Positions 1 to 10,634 of a stretch of 19,503 nucleotides of DNA are shown here, in pieces. Each line of letters opens with the position of its first letter. Position 1 is the first letter of the stretch. This DNA is from Ginkgo biloba. Lineage: Eukaryota; Plantae; Ginkgophyta. Made by a program: the position numbers and the translations under genes. The notes below the pieces were generated by a model. That model had not been told where the DNA came from. It did no database searches and worked only from the letters and a program-made list of their open reading frames with translations. Where the stretch lies: the NCBI GenBank assembly GCA_024626585.2, contig JANKJI020000004.1, positions 128,674,219 through 128,693,721 on the forward strand. Direction: 5' to 3'.

Positions 1-425
1 TCGATCGCTCACTATGCCTTTTGGTACCACATATTTGATAAACACCTCAACTTAGCGATATCCTCTTTGTGCATCATTATACAAGGGGTAAATTTGGCGA
101 TTTTATTGACACAATCCATGTGCCCTAGAATCTGATCATGGTGCCTTTGCGTCCTCGATAGTGATCTCACTAAGTCCATGGAAATGCTCTCCCATTTGCC
201 TTGAGAATTGGCTCTCATTTGTCCTTAGGAATTGGCAACGACATTAGCAAACCCGCTCGTTGCTTTCTCTTCGCTTTATTTACTTGACATTGTTTGCATG
301 TCCTCACCTAATCAACTATCTCTTTCTTCATAATTTTGCATATTCATAATTCTTGCCGGCTTCATATATTTTATTGTTTCCCACATGGCTTGCAAAGGGT
401 CTAGCATGTAGCTTATACAAAATTT
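1..425 (-). pseudogene. Gypsy integrase N-terminal half (HHCC zinc finger and start of the DDE core)
   Basis: Manual minus-strand translation gives LHARPFASHVG...VRTCKQCQVNK...GLLMSLPIP..WESISMD...IVSDR (the last at 1-15), broken by stops and frameshifts. Confidence 0.88.
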
Positions 426-431
426 CATACT

Positions 432-954
432 TCAATTGGGCAACATTGGGGATTGCCATTTGATCTCCATATCAAATGGTATTGTCCTTAATGTGTCAAA
501 TTTTGGAGATGCTTCCCATCTTCTAAAGCTTTCTTTAATTTCTTGGCACCACTTATTGTGCCTTTGTGCTTCATGGATTACATTTCTCAATGATCCTTGT
601 ACTACAATTTCATTAGTAACTTGTGGCGTTCCAAAAAGTGCATTGGCCACAATATTGTCCTTTCCATCTTTACAAGTCAAGTTGGGCCTAAACTTTTCAA
701 TTATCATGGCCCACCTATATTGTCTTGATCCCAACTCAACCATGGGAGGAAAGAATAGTAAAGGCTCATGGTCACTCACCACGTCAAACTCATTGTTCTT
801 CAAGTAGTGCTTCCATACATTGATAGCATAAATGATGGCCAACAATTCTTGATCTTAGATAGGGTGTCGTCTTTCAACATCATTCATCTTTGGGCTCTCA
901 TTAAACACCACCTACCATCTTAGGTCAAAATGACTCCAATAGCCACCCCACTTG
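432..954 (-). pseudogene. Gypsy RNase H
   Basis: Reads SGVAIGVILT* (the DAS..IG motif, cut at about 953), LLAIIYAINVWKHYL, SDHEPL, RQYRW and GKDNIVANAL. Confidence 0.9.
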
Positions 955-1325
955 TTACAACCCAGAAAAGTCAGATTTCTTCATTAACCAGCTCAAGAAA
1001 GATTACTTCATTAACTGCATCAAAGTCAAAGTTTCCTTAGAAGAAAGGGTCATTATGAGAGAGAAAGATAATAAGAGGTTACCTACGAAAGTGTGCCAAT
1101 TAAGGGTGCTTCCTTCTAGAGGGCAGTGGCAGCTACCGAGATAACCCCTAAGTGCCTCTTAAAGTCTCCATAAGCTTCAAGGGTGGCTAGGCTCTTATGT
1201 GGGGTTAGGTGTCTTCCCTATAATATAAATATAGATGATCTTTGTCTTAAAGACATTCTTAGATGATCATTTCTGCGTTGAGTAGGGCGAACTATTTCTG
1301 GAATACTCTCTGTCACTTAATGGAT
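953..1325 (+). mobile_element. Nested LTR fragment inserted into the RNase H
   Basis: RNase H similarity stops abruptly at TGTTACAACCC, a typical Gypsy LTR 5' end. A TATA-like tataatataaata lies at about 1219. The other end is lost in the 1326-1425 gap. Confidence 0.65.
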
Positions 1326-1425
1326 NNNNNNNNNNNNNNNNNNNNNNNNNNNNNNNNNNNNNNNNNNNNNNNNNNNNNNNNNNNNNNNNNNNNNNNNNNN
1401 NNNNNNNNNNNNNNNNNNNNNNNNN

Positions 1426-2125
1426 CATTCTTTGACCACCTTTTCTTTCTTTGGATCCACTAAGATACCTTTTGTTAGAACTATGTGTCCTAAATATTCT
1501 ATTTCTTCCTTCTAGAACTCACATTTGGATATTTTTTCATACAATTTCACTTTCCTTAATACATCTAATACCTTTTGTAGATGTTTCTTATGCTCCTCTT
1601 TATTCTTGCTAAATATCATGATGTCATCGAAAAAAGTAGCCACAAACTTTCCCAAGTATGGCTTGAGGATATTATTCATTAACCGCATAAATGTGGTAGG
1701 TGCATTTGTCAAACCAAATCTCATGATCAAATATTCGTAATGGCCATCCCTAGTGGTGAATGTGATCTTCCCCACACCTTTCTTATGGATTTAGATCTGG
1801 TGATAGCTACTCCTGAAATCTATTTCAGAAAATGCAATGGCTTCCTCATGGTGTCCAACAAACCATAGATCCTTAGAAGAGGATATTTATCCTTAATGAT
1901 GACTTTGTTTAATGCATGATAATCTATGCGCATCTTTATGGATCCATCTTTCATGCATACCGACAATATTGGTACACCATAAGGAGGCTTGGATGAATCC
2001 TTGATCTAGCAAGTCATGGATCTATATTTCTACCTCTTCCTTCTTATCATGGCTTAGACGGTAAGGCATCCGATGGGTTGGCCTTGATCCTTCCTCTAGT
2101 TGAATCTCATGGTCCACTTCTTACT
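1426..2125 (-). pseudogene. Gypsy reverse transcriptase
   Basis: HEIQLEEG..P...PYR, PYG.PIL....KDG.I.MRIDY.ALN, ID...SYHQI, TFTTRDGHYEYLIMRFGLTNAPTTF, FFDDIMIFS (YxDD box), SKCEF, EYLGHIV...GI.VDP. Confidence 0.95.
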
Positions 2126-2350
2126 CTATGGACAACCCTTTTGATAGCTCTTCAAAAAATACATTAGCACATTCTTCTAACAATGGTGCCATTTTTTTCT
2201 GTACATCTTTGGAGACTTTCTCTCATTGTACTTCCTCCCGCACAAATAGCCTATATGATTGGCTACTTGTCTTTCTTGCCACTCTCTTTAATTGTATAAC
2301 TAAAATGAGCGATATCTGTGTTGAATCTCTATCACCATACAATTTTGGCT

Positions 2351-2660
2351 TCATACCCTTTTGGAAGTGCAAGATATGATTTCTAGATAAGATATGGATA
2401 TCATATTGCCACAAACACTTCTGCCCCAAGAGTGCATCATAAAACCAATCTTCATTATATCAAAACCTAGGTGGTNNNNNNNNNNNNNNNNNNNNNNNNN
2501 CCCCTGTTTGACCTCCTTCCCATTCGCTAATTCCAGCTCATATGCATATGGGGCTTTTTGGATCCACAACTTTGCTTTCTTAGCAAACTCGTTAGAGATG
2601 AAATTATGCATAAACCCATTATCTACTAGAATAGTGGCTTCCACTCCATTTATTCTTCTT
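2351..2660 (-). pseudogene. Gypsy aspartic protease
   Basis: ILVDNGFMHNFIS is a decayed LxDSGAxHNFIS motif, followed by LANG; it lies between gag and RT. Confidence 0.8.
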
Positions 2661-2837
2661 TAAATGACAAACAATTTAATGTCACTTGTTGTTGCTTAGA
2701 ATATTCTTTTTAACAACGGGTCATCATAATTGATGGANNNNNNNNNNNNNNNNNNNNNNNNNNNNNNNNNNNNNNNNNNNNNNNNNNNNNNNNNNNNNNN
2801 NNNNNNNNNNNNNNNNNNNNNNNNNNNNNNNNNNNNN

Positions 2838-3454
2838 ATTGCTAAACTCCTGCATCAATCCATTTTGCTTTAAACCCAACACTTGGCCATATGCTTGGTA
2901 CATGTCATTTTGTGGTGCATATTACTTAAACATTATTTCTTTCATCTCAAACTATTTACTTACCGATTGTTGCATTCCATTCTTTGCTTCCTTTTGCACC
3001 CCATTCCACCACTCTCATGCAGGCTCCTTGGGTGCAAATGTGACCATGGTTACTTTATTTTCATTGAGAATATCAAAAGATTGAAAAAATGTTTCCATAG
3101 TCCTTAACCATGACCTAAATGAGGACCCAACTTCTCTTCCATTGAAATTGGGGATTTGCACATTCTTCAACTGCTTCATATTCCAGAGCAACTTCCATTC
3201 TTCCCAGGGCCGCTTATGCCATGGGTCATCATTTTGTGAATATTTAGATTCAATTGACATCACTTCTTCCAAGAGCTTATTAGGTTCTTCCTCTTCTTTT
3301 ACTACAAGACGAGCGCCTTCAGATGGGTCAACATCCATCTATTTTCTCCTATGTTTGAAGGTGAAGATTGGCTTCTTTGGTTTCTTTATTGCCCCTCAAT
3401 CCTCTTCATCTTTTCTTCCATGCTAGCCAACTTCTTCAATATTTCAGATTCCAT
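2838..3454 (-). pseudogene. Gypsy gag
   Basis: IPNFNG....FRSWLRTMETFF...ENKVTMVTF....A*EWW, a Retrotrans_gag-type pattern; possible start MESEILKKLASMEEKMKRIE at about 3454. Confidence 0.8.
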
Positions 3455-3467
3455 CTCTTCTATTCGA

Positions 3468-3518
3468 ATATATATATGTGTGTGTGTGTGTGTATGTATA
3501 TATATATATGTATGTATG
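3468..3518. repeat. Compound (TA)n(TG)n(TA)n(TATG)n microsatellite
   Basis: Read directly: atatatatatgtgtgtgtgtgtgtgtatgtatatatatatatgtatgtatg. Confidence 0.95.
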
Positions 3519-3910
3519 CGTACCTACATATGCACACTTGTACCTAGGTATTTGTTCATGTTAATTTATGGTGGAATGCATTATAAATGTGTAAATGACA
3601 AAAGTCATAAGGGTATGCTAATTAGTACTATGTGATACATAGAACGGGGGACTAAGCATTTGCTACAGGTTTGGGGTGTGTGTTATGCAACATATATTGT
3701 AACAATCTCGCTGACTAAACCTGCAACACAAGGTGCCCTAGATCTTCAAATAAAGTGCTAAAATAAAGATAGAAACTAGGCAACTTGCGTAAAGTAATCA
3801 AGTTTCAATTTGAAATGTGGTGGTATGGAAGTCCAGAGACTGGTAGGGTGGACTTTGCTAATATCTTGGCAATTGTCCAGAACCCTTTGGTCAAGAGTCT
3901 AAAGATCCTC

Positions 3911-4438
3911 AACCTTTGGTTGAAACCACATTACTGTTGTAGGTGCATCTAAGTGTTCTTACTTTATTGGTCACAGTTCCCTTTTGTTGTGGTTCTTTAC
4001 CCTACCACTTCTTAATTTGGTGCTATGGAAATTTTTACATGAATTAAGAAGGATTCCTAGATCTACCAAAAATGCTTCTTTAAGGTATGATCAACCTTGT
4101 TAAGACATTAGGTGGATTTTGATTAATTAAAGGGGAGGACATTAATCACTCAGAACCCAGAACCTTACCTTCACTCTTTATTAAGAAAGGAACATTTAAG
4201 GTTATATATTTCTCAAATAGGTAGGAGTATTTTATAAAAAAGAATTCTATAGAGAGAATGGAGGAAAATGTTTATAGACTTGAGTTTAAAATCATCACAC
4301 TCCTAGGGGATTTAAATTTATTGCAAAGGCTACATGAATCTCCTCCATCTTCTTTCACTATAAAAAGTGAGTATATGATGTAGTAACAAATTAATGCACC
4401 AACAAAATAAAATTAGGTACTTGAGTAACTATAATAGA
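3911..4438 (-). mobile_element. Possible 5' LTR and degenerate tRNA-iMet PBS of the 1-3454 element
   Basis: Minus strand TGGTTTCAACCAAAGGTT (3911-3928) loosely resembles TGGTATCAGAGCCAGGTT. A candidate LTR end sits at 3935, AATAAA at about 4180 and TATAAA plus a CT-rich tract at about 4275, all on the minus strand. The 6-nt PBS-LTR spacing is atypical. Confidence 0.4.
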
Positions 4439-4641
4439 NNNNNNNNNNNNNNNNNNNNNNNNNNNNNNNNNNNNNNNNNNNNNNNNNNNNNNNNNNNNNN
4501 NNNNNNNNNNNNNNNNNNNNNNNNNNNNNNNNNNNNNNAAGGAAGATTGGATTGTTACAAGGAGCACTATGGATTTTACGTGCAAAATACTATACATAAT
4601 CACTACCAGACTAGATTCTTCTTGGATGCAACTTATCATAC

Positions 4642-4967
4642 TGTTGGATAGTAATGTTCGCCTCATGTCACTTGTCATATTAGTTGTACATTAGTTGTAT
4701 TTTCTTAATTTTGTATATGGCAAGTTCAGTTGTCTAGCTTTTGCTTTAGCTTTTGTCTTTTGTTGTACAAATCGTTGCCATGAGCTCATTCGAAACTCTA
4801 TTAATTACCATTCATTGTATCATTATGTATCACTATATTCGAAGTGAATATAGAGCTGAGCTTTGAGGGTACATAGTACCCAACATATGTGCTGTATGTT
4901 CTCTTTGATCAATTGCTTTTTGTTGTAGTTATTGTTTTCTTCATTCACTGAATACTAAATTCTAATA
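4642..4967 (+). mobile_element. Short (326 bp) LTR, Copia-like termini
   Basis: Starts TGTTGGA and ends TCTAATA (the inverted repeat TCCAACA with two C>T changes); followed after 2 nt by a PBS. Confidence 0.7.
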
Positions 4968-4969
4968 TT

Positions 4970-4981
4970 TGGCATCAGAGT
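4970..4981 (+). promoter_or_regulatory. Primer-binding site complementary to tRNA-iMet
   Basis: TGGCATCAGAGT matches the canonical TGGTATCAGAGC at 10 of 12 positions, directly after the LTR end. Confidence 0.8.
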
Positions 4982-5304
4982 AGGATCACATGGGTTGAAA
5001 TCAAAGCACTTTCAATGCACTTGGAACCTGGTGGAGGAAATCATTGTGCAAACGACAAAGCCAAATGTTGGCACCAATTGTGGTGGACAAATCATTCCAA
5101 GTTTTGGCAAACGACACTTGTTGAAAGAGGAATGATATTCGCAGAAATATTTGAACACACCATTTGTTGAAGAACTGTTGCAAACGGTGTTTGTTTTGGT
5201 TCTAGTTCGTTGTGCACATGCAGTGATAGGAGAAGGGCGTTGTGAGGCTGTAGGAAGAGATCATTGCGAAAGAAAACCACACACAGTGAGCAAGGAAGAG
5301 AAAC

Positions 5305-5872
5305 CCTTCTTGAGAAATTTGTGTACAATAGAATTAAATACTTAGCTAGAGACAAGATGCCATTCAGGTTGATGAATGGCTATGAACCCTTATCCCATTG
5401 ACATTTGCAAAAGCTAAAAGAAGGGAGGGGGGACACTCAACTATTGATAAATTGCTTGAGAGAATGAAAGAGAAGTGTTGAGGGTAAATTGAAAAGAGCC
5501 TGAGCTTGTATCGGATAATAATATGCATAATGGCTAAGATCACATAATGTAGTAGCGGGAGATATGATAGACCCTTGTTACAAGGAGATGTGCGAAGATC
5601 TCACAAAGATATTGGAATCATTCCAAGTACTAGAGGGAACAAATGAAGTTGCACATGAGGAAATGCACTTATGTTGTCATTTAAGGAACATTTAGATTTA
5701 ATAAGGTAATGCCTACTTTTGGAAAGTAAGACAAAAAGGGTGCATGATCCTGTGAGGGATATTGGAATTGAGAAATTAAGAATATCTAGTGGAATGGTTA
5801 ATTACACCAAGGGAAGAAGCCACATAAGAATTAGTCAATTCTAGTTGGTGAAGCTAGCTTCATTGAGGACAA
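5305..5872 (+). pseudogene. Chromovirus-type Gypsy integrase C-terminus with GPY/F module and chromodomain
   Basis: FVYNRIKYLARDKMPFRLMNGYEP (the YN...H.....PF...YG motif); KISQRY/ESFQVLEGTNEVAH (decayed KL.PRY.GPF.V......VAY); EYLVEWLITPREEAT*E (chromodomain YLVKW.......TWE). Confidence 0.8.
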
Positions 5873-5882
5873 TTATCTCTGT

Positions 5883-6600
5883 AGGGTAGGGAGAGATGCT
5901 GCATGGCAACAAATTTAGGCATATTTCACCTTGAAAAAAGGGAAAGACGTAAAGCTAACTACTACAGTCAGATGTGTTTTACGTCTAATGTTAGCATTGC
6001 TCGAGGAACTAATGAAGAGGGAGAGTCAAGCAAAGGCTTGAGGGTTAAGCCATAGCAGGGCACCTCCAATAGGGTGATGACACGTCACAAAGAATTGCAT
6101 GGAAGGGTGTTTGGTGTTAGGGCATCACCAATAGCAAGTCTTGTTGTTCTATGGAAGTTATGAGCCCAACTTTCTCATGAATATGAAAGTTGCAAAGGCT
6201 AAGATAACTTTCTAACTATTTAACCAAGGGTGCTATTAGTCTCTCGTTTGGCTCTTTATTTTCTGTGGTGTTGCTGGCCGCATCGATCGAAGCTTTTGTT
6301 CTTTGCATAGAGAATCCATTTCTGGTTTGAGAAGGTGATGACTCACCTAACACTATCATTGTTGAGTGCTACTTTTTTGGGTTGATGTATAACCTTGTAG
6401 AGTCATTTTAGACCATAATTATCATTTTTAGCTCCTACTTGCCACAAAGGCGATGCAAATGTCTAAATGATTGCATGGCACCTTTGATGCTGATTGTGAT
6501 CTAGTAGGAGGTCGAATTGTAGAGCATTGCACTTGCACACTTGGAGGCTAGATGTTTTCATCTAGAGATACTTTTTGCATCTTCAGGTAGAGCATTATGA
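5883..6600 (+). mobile_element. Polypurine tract and 3' LTR of the chromovirus remnant
   Basis: AGGGTAGGGAGAGA (5883-5896) is immediately followed by TG at 5897, with TATA-like ctatttaa at about 6216. The right end is approximate. Confidence 0.6.
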
Positions 6601-7039
6601 CTATGTTTGTCCCCTAAATTCGCGAGTATTTAGAAATTGTAATTCTGTAGAAGCATTTCCAGAGTGATGTAAATTAATATAAACTATTTGCAAATAAATT
6701 AATATAAACAATTTGTGCTTCATTTTGCAAATTCTTATTATTTGATGGTTCAATAGGTTGTAGTAGCAATCCTTCATGTCATGCACATCCTTATCAGAAA
6801 TTGCACCCCCAAAATTTTCTAGTGGTAGTGTTNNNNNNNNNNNNNNNNNNNNNNNNNNNNNNNNNNNNNNNNNNNNNNNNNNNNNNNNNNNNNNNNNNNN
6901 NNNNNNNNNNNNNNNNNNNNNNNNNNNNNNNNATTGGAAAATCAAATTCACCCTTCTTTTTTTTTTTTTTGTTCTGACCACTACAAGTTTGGAGGTTGAG
7001 GGATTTGACCATGTCAGGAATGCAAGTTACGAGGTTGGA

Positions 7040-8939
7040 GGTCTTGGTTTTATTTTGTGATTTATTTGCACAATTTTTCCATTAGTAGTCACCTAGGTCA
7101 CATTCCTCACATACGAATCGCTCATTTTTCTCTAGAGGACATTGTGCTCATGCATGCCCCCAGTGTAAGCATAAATGGTAGTGTATGGATTTAGTTTTTC
7201 CTTCCCATTGTTTGGATTGTCACGGTGGATTATTGGAAGCATGTTGGTAATACATGTTCCTTGTTCCTCTTCCCCAGTATCCTCCTTGTCCTTCGCAATA
7301 AGAGCCTTGACCTTGTTGATAATAGTACGTCTTAGTGCGATGAGAATATCCCTAACAAATGTCAACCATTATTCCAATATTGGTACGAGTGGTTCGACAT
7401 GTTTGTTCCTTATGTGTCCCTGCTTGTTGCAAGGTGGAGGGCATCATACATCATTGCAATTGGTGGCTGCAATTTCTTGTTTTAACTTGGTGATTTTGTC
7501 ATGTAGCTTTTCAATTTATACGTCCTTATCACTAGCCTTCACAACAATCTTATTCATACTCCACTATGCTTAGGGTGCATGGTCTGAAGGGACGTCTCTT
7601 GTTGCCAATTTGGCTAATGAGTGTTTGGTGCATGGATACACATCTAGTTTGAAAGGTTATAGCCAAGTAGTGCACCTGTTCATACCTCTCAATGGGATGG
7701 TGCCTTATCTTCACTTGGTAAGGTGGTAACAATCCATCCACAAAATAGTTCATCATTGCAATTGACATAATTATATTTTTGGCATTGAGTTTAGAGGTGA
7801 GTATCTGTAATTGTGCAGCATAATTTTGAATGGTTTCTCCAAATTTTGAAGGGATTTTTACACTACTGTAAGATCACGCAAGACTTGTAATCTGTCAAGG
7901 AATATCTCATAAACTACCACCCATGAATGGTGTCTTACGCATTGGAACCATGTTAGGGCTAGGCCTCAGAGGGTTGAGAAGAATCTCCTCTTGATCTCTC
8001 TTTGATTGTCATATGGTGAAATGTAGTGTTGTTGAGGAACTGTGCCAAATGATCGGATGAGTCATTGTGGCTATCAAATATCAAGTGCGACAACGAATTA
8101 TCCAGTTGTATAATGCATAGTGGTGCTCATTTGTGGGGCTCGTGTCCAAAATTATTGTATCCTCCAAAGTTGTTATTGGCTTTAGTAAAATTAACACCAT
8201 TAAAGTTTCTACTGTAACCATCTCAATTGAAGTTTCTGCCATTATTATTGAAGTTGCCTCAATTTTTATGAAAGTTGCAGTCATTATTATTAAGATTTCT
8301 TTTGTGTTTACCAAGGTTGCCAACAAGATTACCACTATAAAACGTAATGTTGTTAAAATTGTCATTATTGAGATTACCATCGAAATTATTGAAAGCCCTT
8401 CCATTGTGACTAAAGTTGCTACAATTGTTTATGAAACTGATGCTATTGAAATTACCACTTCCTCCATACATATTCAGGATTCCATTAATGTTATTATTCT
8501 AGTTACTTTCATTGACATTATTTCTGCCACTGTTGTTATTACTCGTATTTGCATTATTTTTAGGTAAACTTCTAAAGCTCGACTGAGTATTATTGATGCT
8601 TGACCAACTAAACCGTGTGAAGGGGTAGAATTGCCCTCTAGTTGAGTTGTTGTAATCGTCAAATATGTTATTCGGACTTCCAAATCTATCGGCGAGGCCA
8701 TGAAATGTGTTGTTTTAGCCACTATAGTTGTTGCCTTGATTATTTACAAATTTGTTTTGACTCTTGAATAGATGGTTGGAATTTAGTTTGAATGACATGA
8801 CTTGATTTTGTCTGTTATTAGTATTTGTTGGCAGATTATTGGTATTAAAAGGGCTCATTTTGGTATTTGACTAAGTTTATGTCAAGTTTAGATTGTTATT
8901 ATTGTTCATGAAACTTACGCAGTAGGCGTCAGAGTTGTT
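7040..8939 (-). pseudogene. Non-chromovirus (Tat/Athila-like) Gypsy gag with Asn/Gly-rich N-terminal region and decayed zinc knuckle
   Basis: Minus strand: IFDSHNDSSDHLAQF (FDG..DP..HL..F), FFSTL*GLALTWFQ (TL.G.A..WF), GETIQNYAAQLQ (major-homology-region-like), YFVDGL, and C...CNKQGH at about 7400-7450. The lineage assignment is tentative. Confidence 0.75.
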
Positions 8940-9435
8940 NNNNNNNNNNNNNNNNNNNNNNNNNNNNNNNNNNNNNNNNNNNNNNNNNNNNNNNNNNNNN
9001 NNNNNNNNNNNNNNNNNNNNNNNNNNNNNNNNNNNNNNNNNNNNNNNNNNNNNNNNNNNNNNNNNNNNNNNNNNNNNNNNNNNNNNNNNNNNNNNNNNNN
9101 NNNNNNNNNNNNNNNNNNNNNNNNNNNNNNNNNNNNNNNNNNNNNNNNNNNNNNNNNNNNNNNNNNNNNNNNNNNNNNNNNNNNNNNNNNNNNNNNNNNN
9201 NNNNNNNNNNNNNNNNNNNNNNNNNNNNNNNNNNNNNNNNNNNNNNNNNNNNNNNNNNNNNNNNNNNNNNNNNNNNNNNNNNNNNNNNNNNNNNNNNNNN
9301 NNNNNNNNNNNNNNNNNNNNNNNNNNNNNNNNNNNNNNNNNNNNNNNNNNNNNNNNNNNNNNNNNNNNNNNNNNNNNNNNNNNNNNNNNNNNNNNNNNNN
9401 NNNNNNNNNNNNNNNNNNNNNNNNNNNNNNNNNNN

Positions 9436-10634
9436 CTATTGCTTTGACTTTTCATTGAACTAGTCAAATTGTAGTTCTATAATTTTTTGGTTAGTCATAT
9501 TGTGGCCAAAACTGGACAAAATACGTATATATTAAGACTTTGAAAAATAAAGTAAAGTTGTAGCCTAGTCTGTCCCCTTCAAAACGAGTACAAGAAGTCA
9601 AAAAATGGAGTTACAGTTTGCAAGTTATGAGCAAAATCGTGACAACATGTCATTAAGTGATGGGAATGGTGACGAAAATTCCAGAACCAATTTGAATTCC
9701 TTGTACAACTGGAAAATATGAAGGTGACCAGGAAAATAAAAGGTGAATAATTAGCTAACTACCTCCAAGAAATTTTTCTATCCATATTCTTGGAAGTAAA
9801 ATTATAAAATCAGAGAATATTTAATGTTTTCTCTCTCTTAATAAACGATTTTATGACTTTTCAAAGCCAAATGACAATGCTAACATTTGACTTGTTAAAT
9901 GACCGATAAATGCAGCCTTATAGGTAAAATTAACATGCCTAATTTATGAGTATGTAATGTGCATTAATGCCCTAATTACTAGTTGGTTTTCTCTCTCATG
10001 GATGACATCATAAATCTTGTAATATATGTGGAGTATTTTGTCATTGAATGTGCCTCATTAAAAATGTCTAAGGATGACACCAATGTGCATTAAACGAGGA
10101 TTCCTTTTCTATCGTTGCTAACATCATGCACGTCGTCACCTGCGAATGTCATCAGTCATCAATGCATGCTCTTTTTCTACCATTGTCAATGCCATTTAGG
10201 CCATCATGTCTTAACATTATTAGTCCTTAATGTTGCTTCTTAGGTCATGTGCTGACATTATGAATTCTTCATTAAATGCACTTCAAGCTACCATCATTAA
10301 TGGCGCTAAGGGCTAACATCACCCTGTACTTGTAATAAATGTGTTGGCTTCTATCATAAGGCACTTATACAGGGCTAACACCATCTTTATTGCTATTGTT
10401 GTATGTTTTTAAGGATGATATCATCATTTGGGCTACCACGTCATCATCATTGGGTTGATTACACATTGCCACATCATCCTTTTTATACTGTTGCCATGTC
10501 ATCGTGTCCTAATTATGCCATAAATGTTGAATTCCATATGTTGATGCTATATCATTGCCCTTTTACGAATATCCTATTAACAATTTTAAGACATATTTTT
10601 ACTAGGGCTTGTCTATAACAATCTTGCCTCTTAA
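9436..10634 (-). mobile_element. Probable long LTR (minus strand) preceded by a PPT-like tract
   Basis: Minus strand AAGAGGCAAGAT then TGTTATAGAC at 10620. Contains aaagttgtagcc...aaaaatggagttacagtttgcaagttatg (about 9554-9628), a motif I recall from non-coding parts of plant TEs, plus many degenerate catca/gccacatcat motifs. Confidence 0.45.

Larger units (their letters stand above)
1..4438 (-). mobile_element. Decayed Ty3/Gypsy LTR retrotransposon (5'LTR-gag-PR-RT-RH-INT), truncated by the window edge
   Basis: Domains lie in Gypsy order on the minus strand (gag, protease, RT, RNase H, integrase) with many stops and frameshifts. The upper boundary is uncertain because it runs into a gap. 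Confidence 0.9.

Noticed and set aside
436-807. Plus-strand ORFs 436-807, 1525-1740, 2128-2379, 2394-2663, 3142-3426
   Set aside because: They are antisense shadows of the minus-strand Gypsy gag-pol.
4539-4641. Possible integrase fragment (KEDW/LLQGALW..R)
   Set aside because: Too short and needs frameshifts; I cannot distinguish it from chance.
8081-8567. Ile/Val/Thr-rich 107-aa and 144-aa ORFs that look like membrane proteins
   Set aside because: They are alternative-frame and antisense readings of the (AAT/AAC)-rich Asn tract.
8877-9467. Long ORFs 8877-9467, 8935-9447, 11833-12354, 11873-12367 and other X-rich ORFs
   Set aside because: They are artefacts of translating through N gaps.
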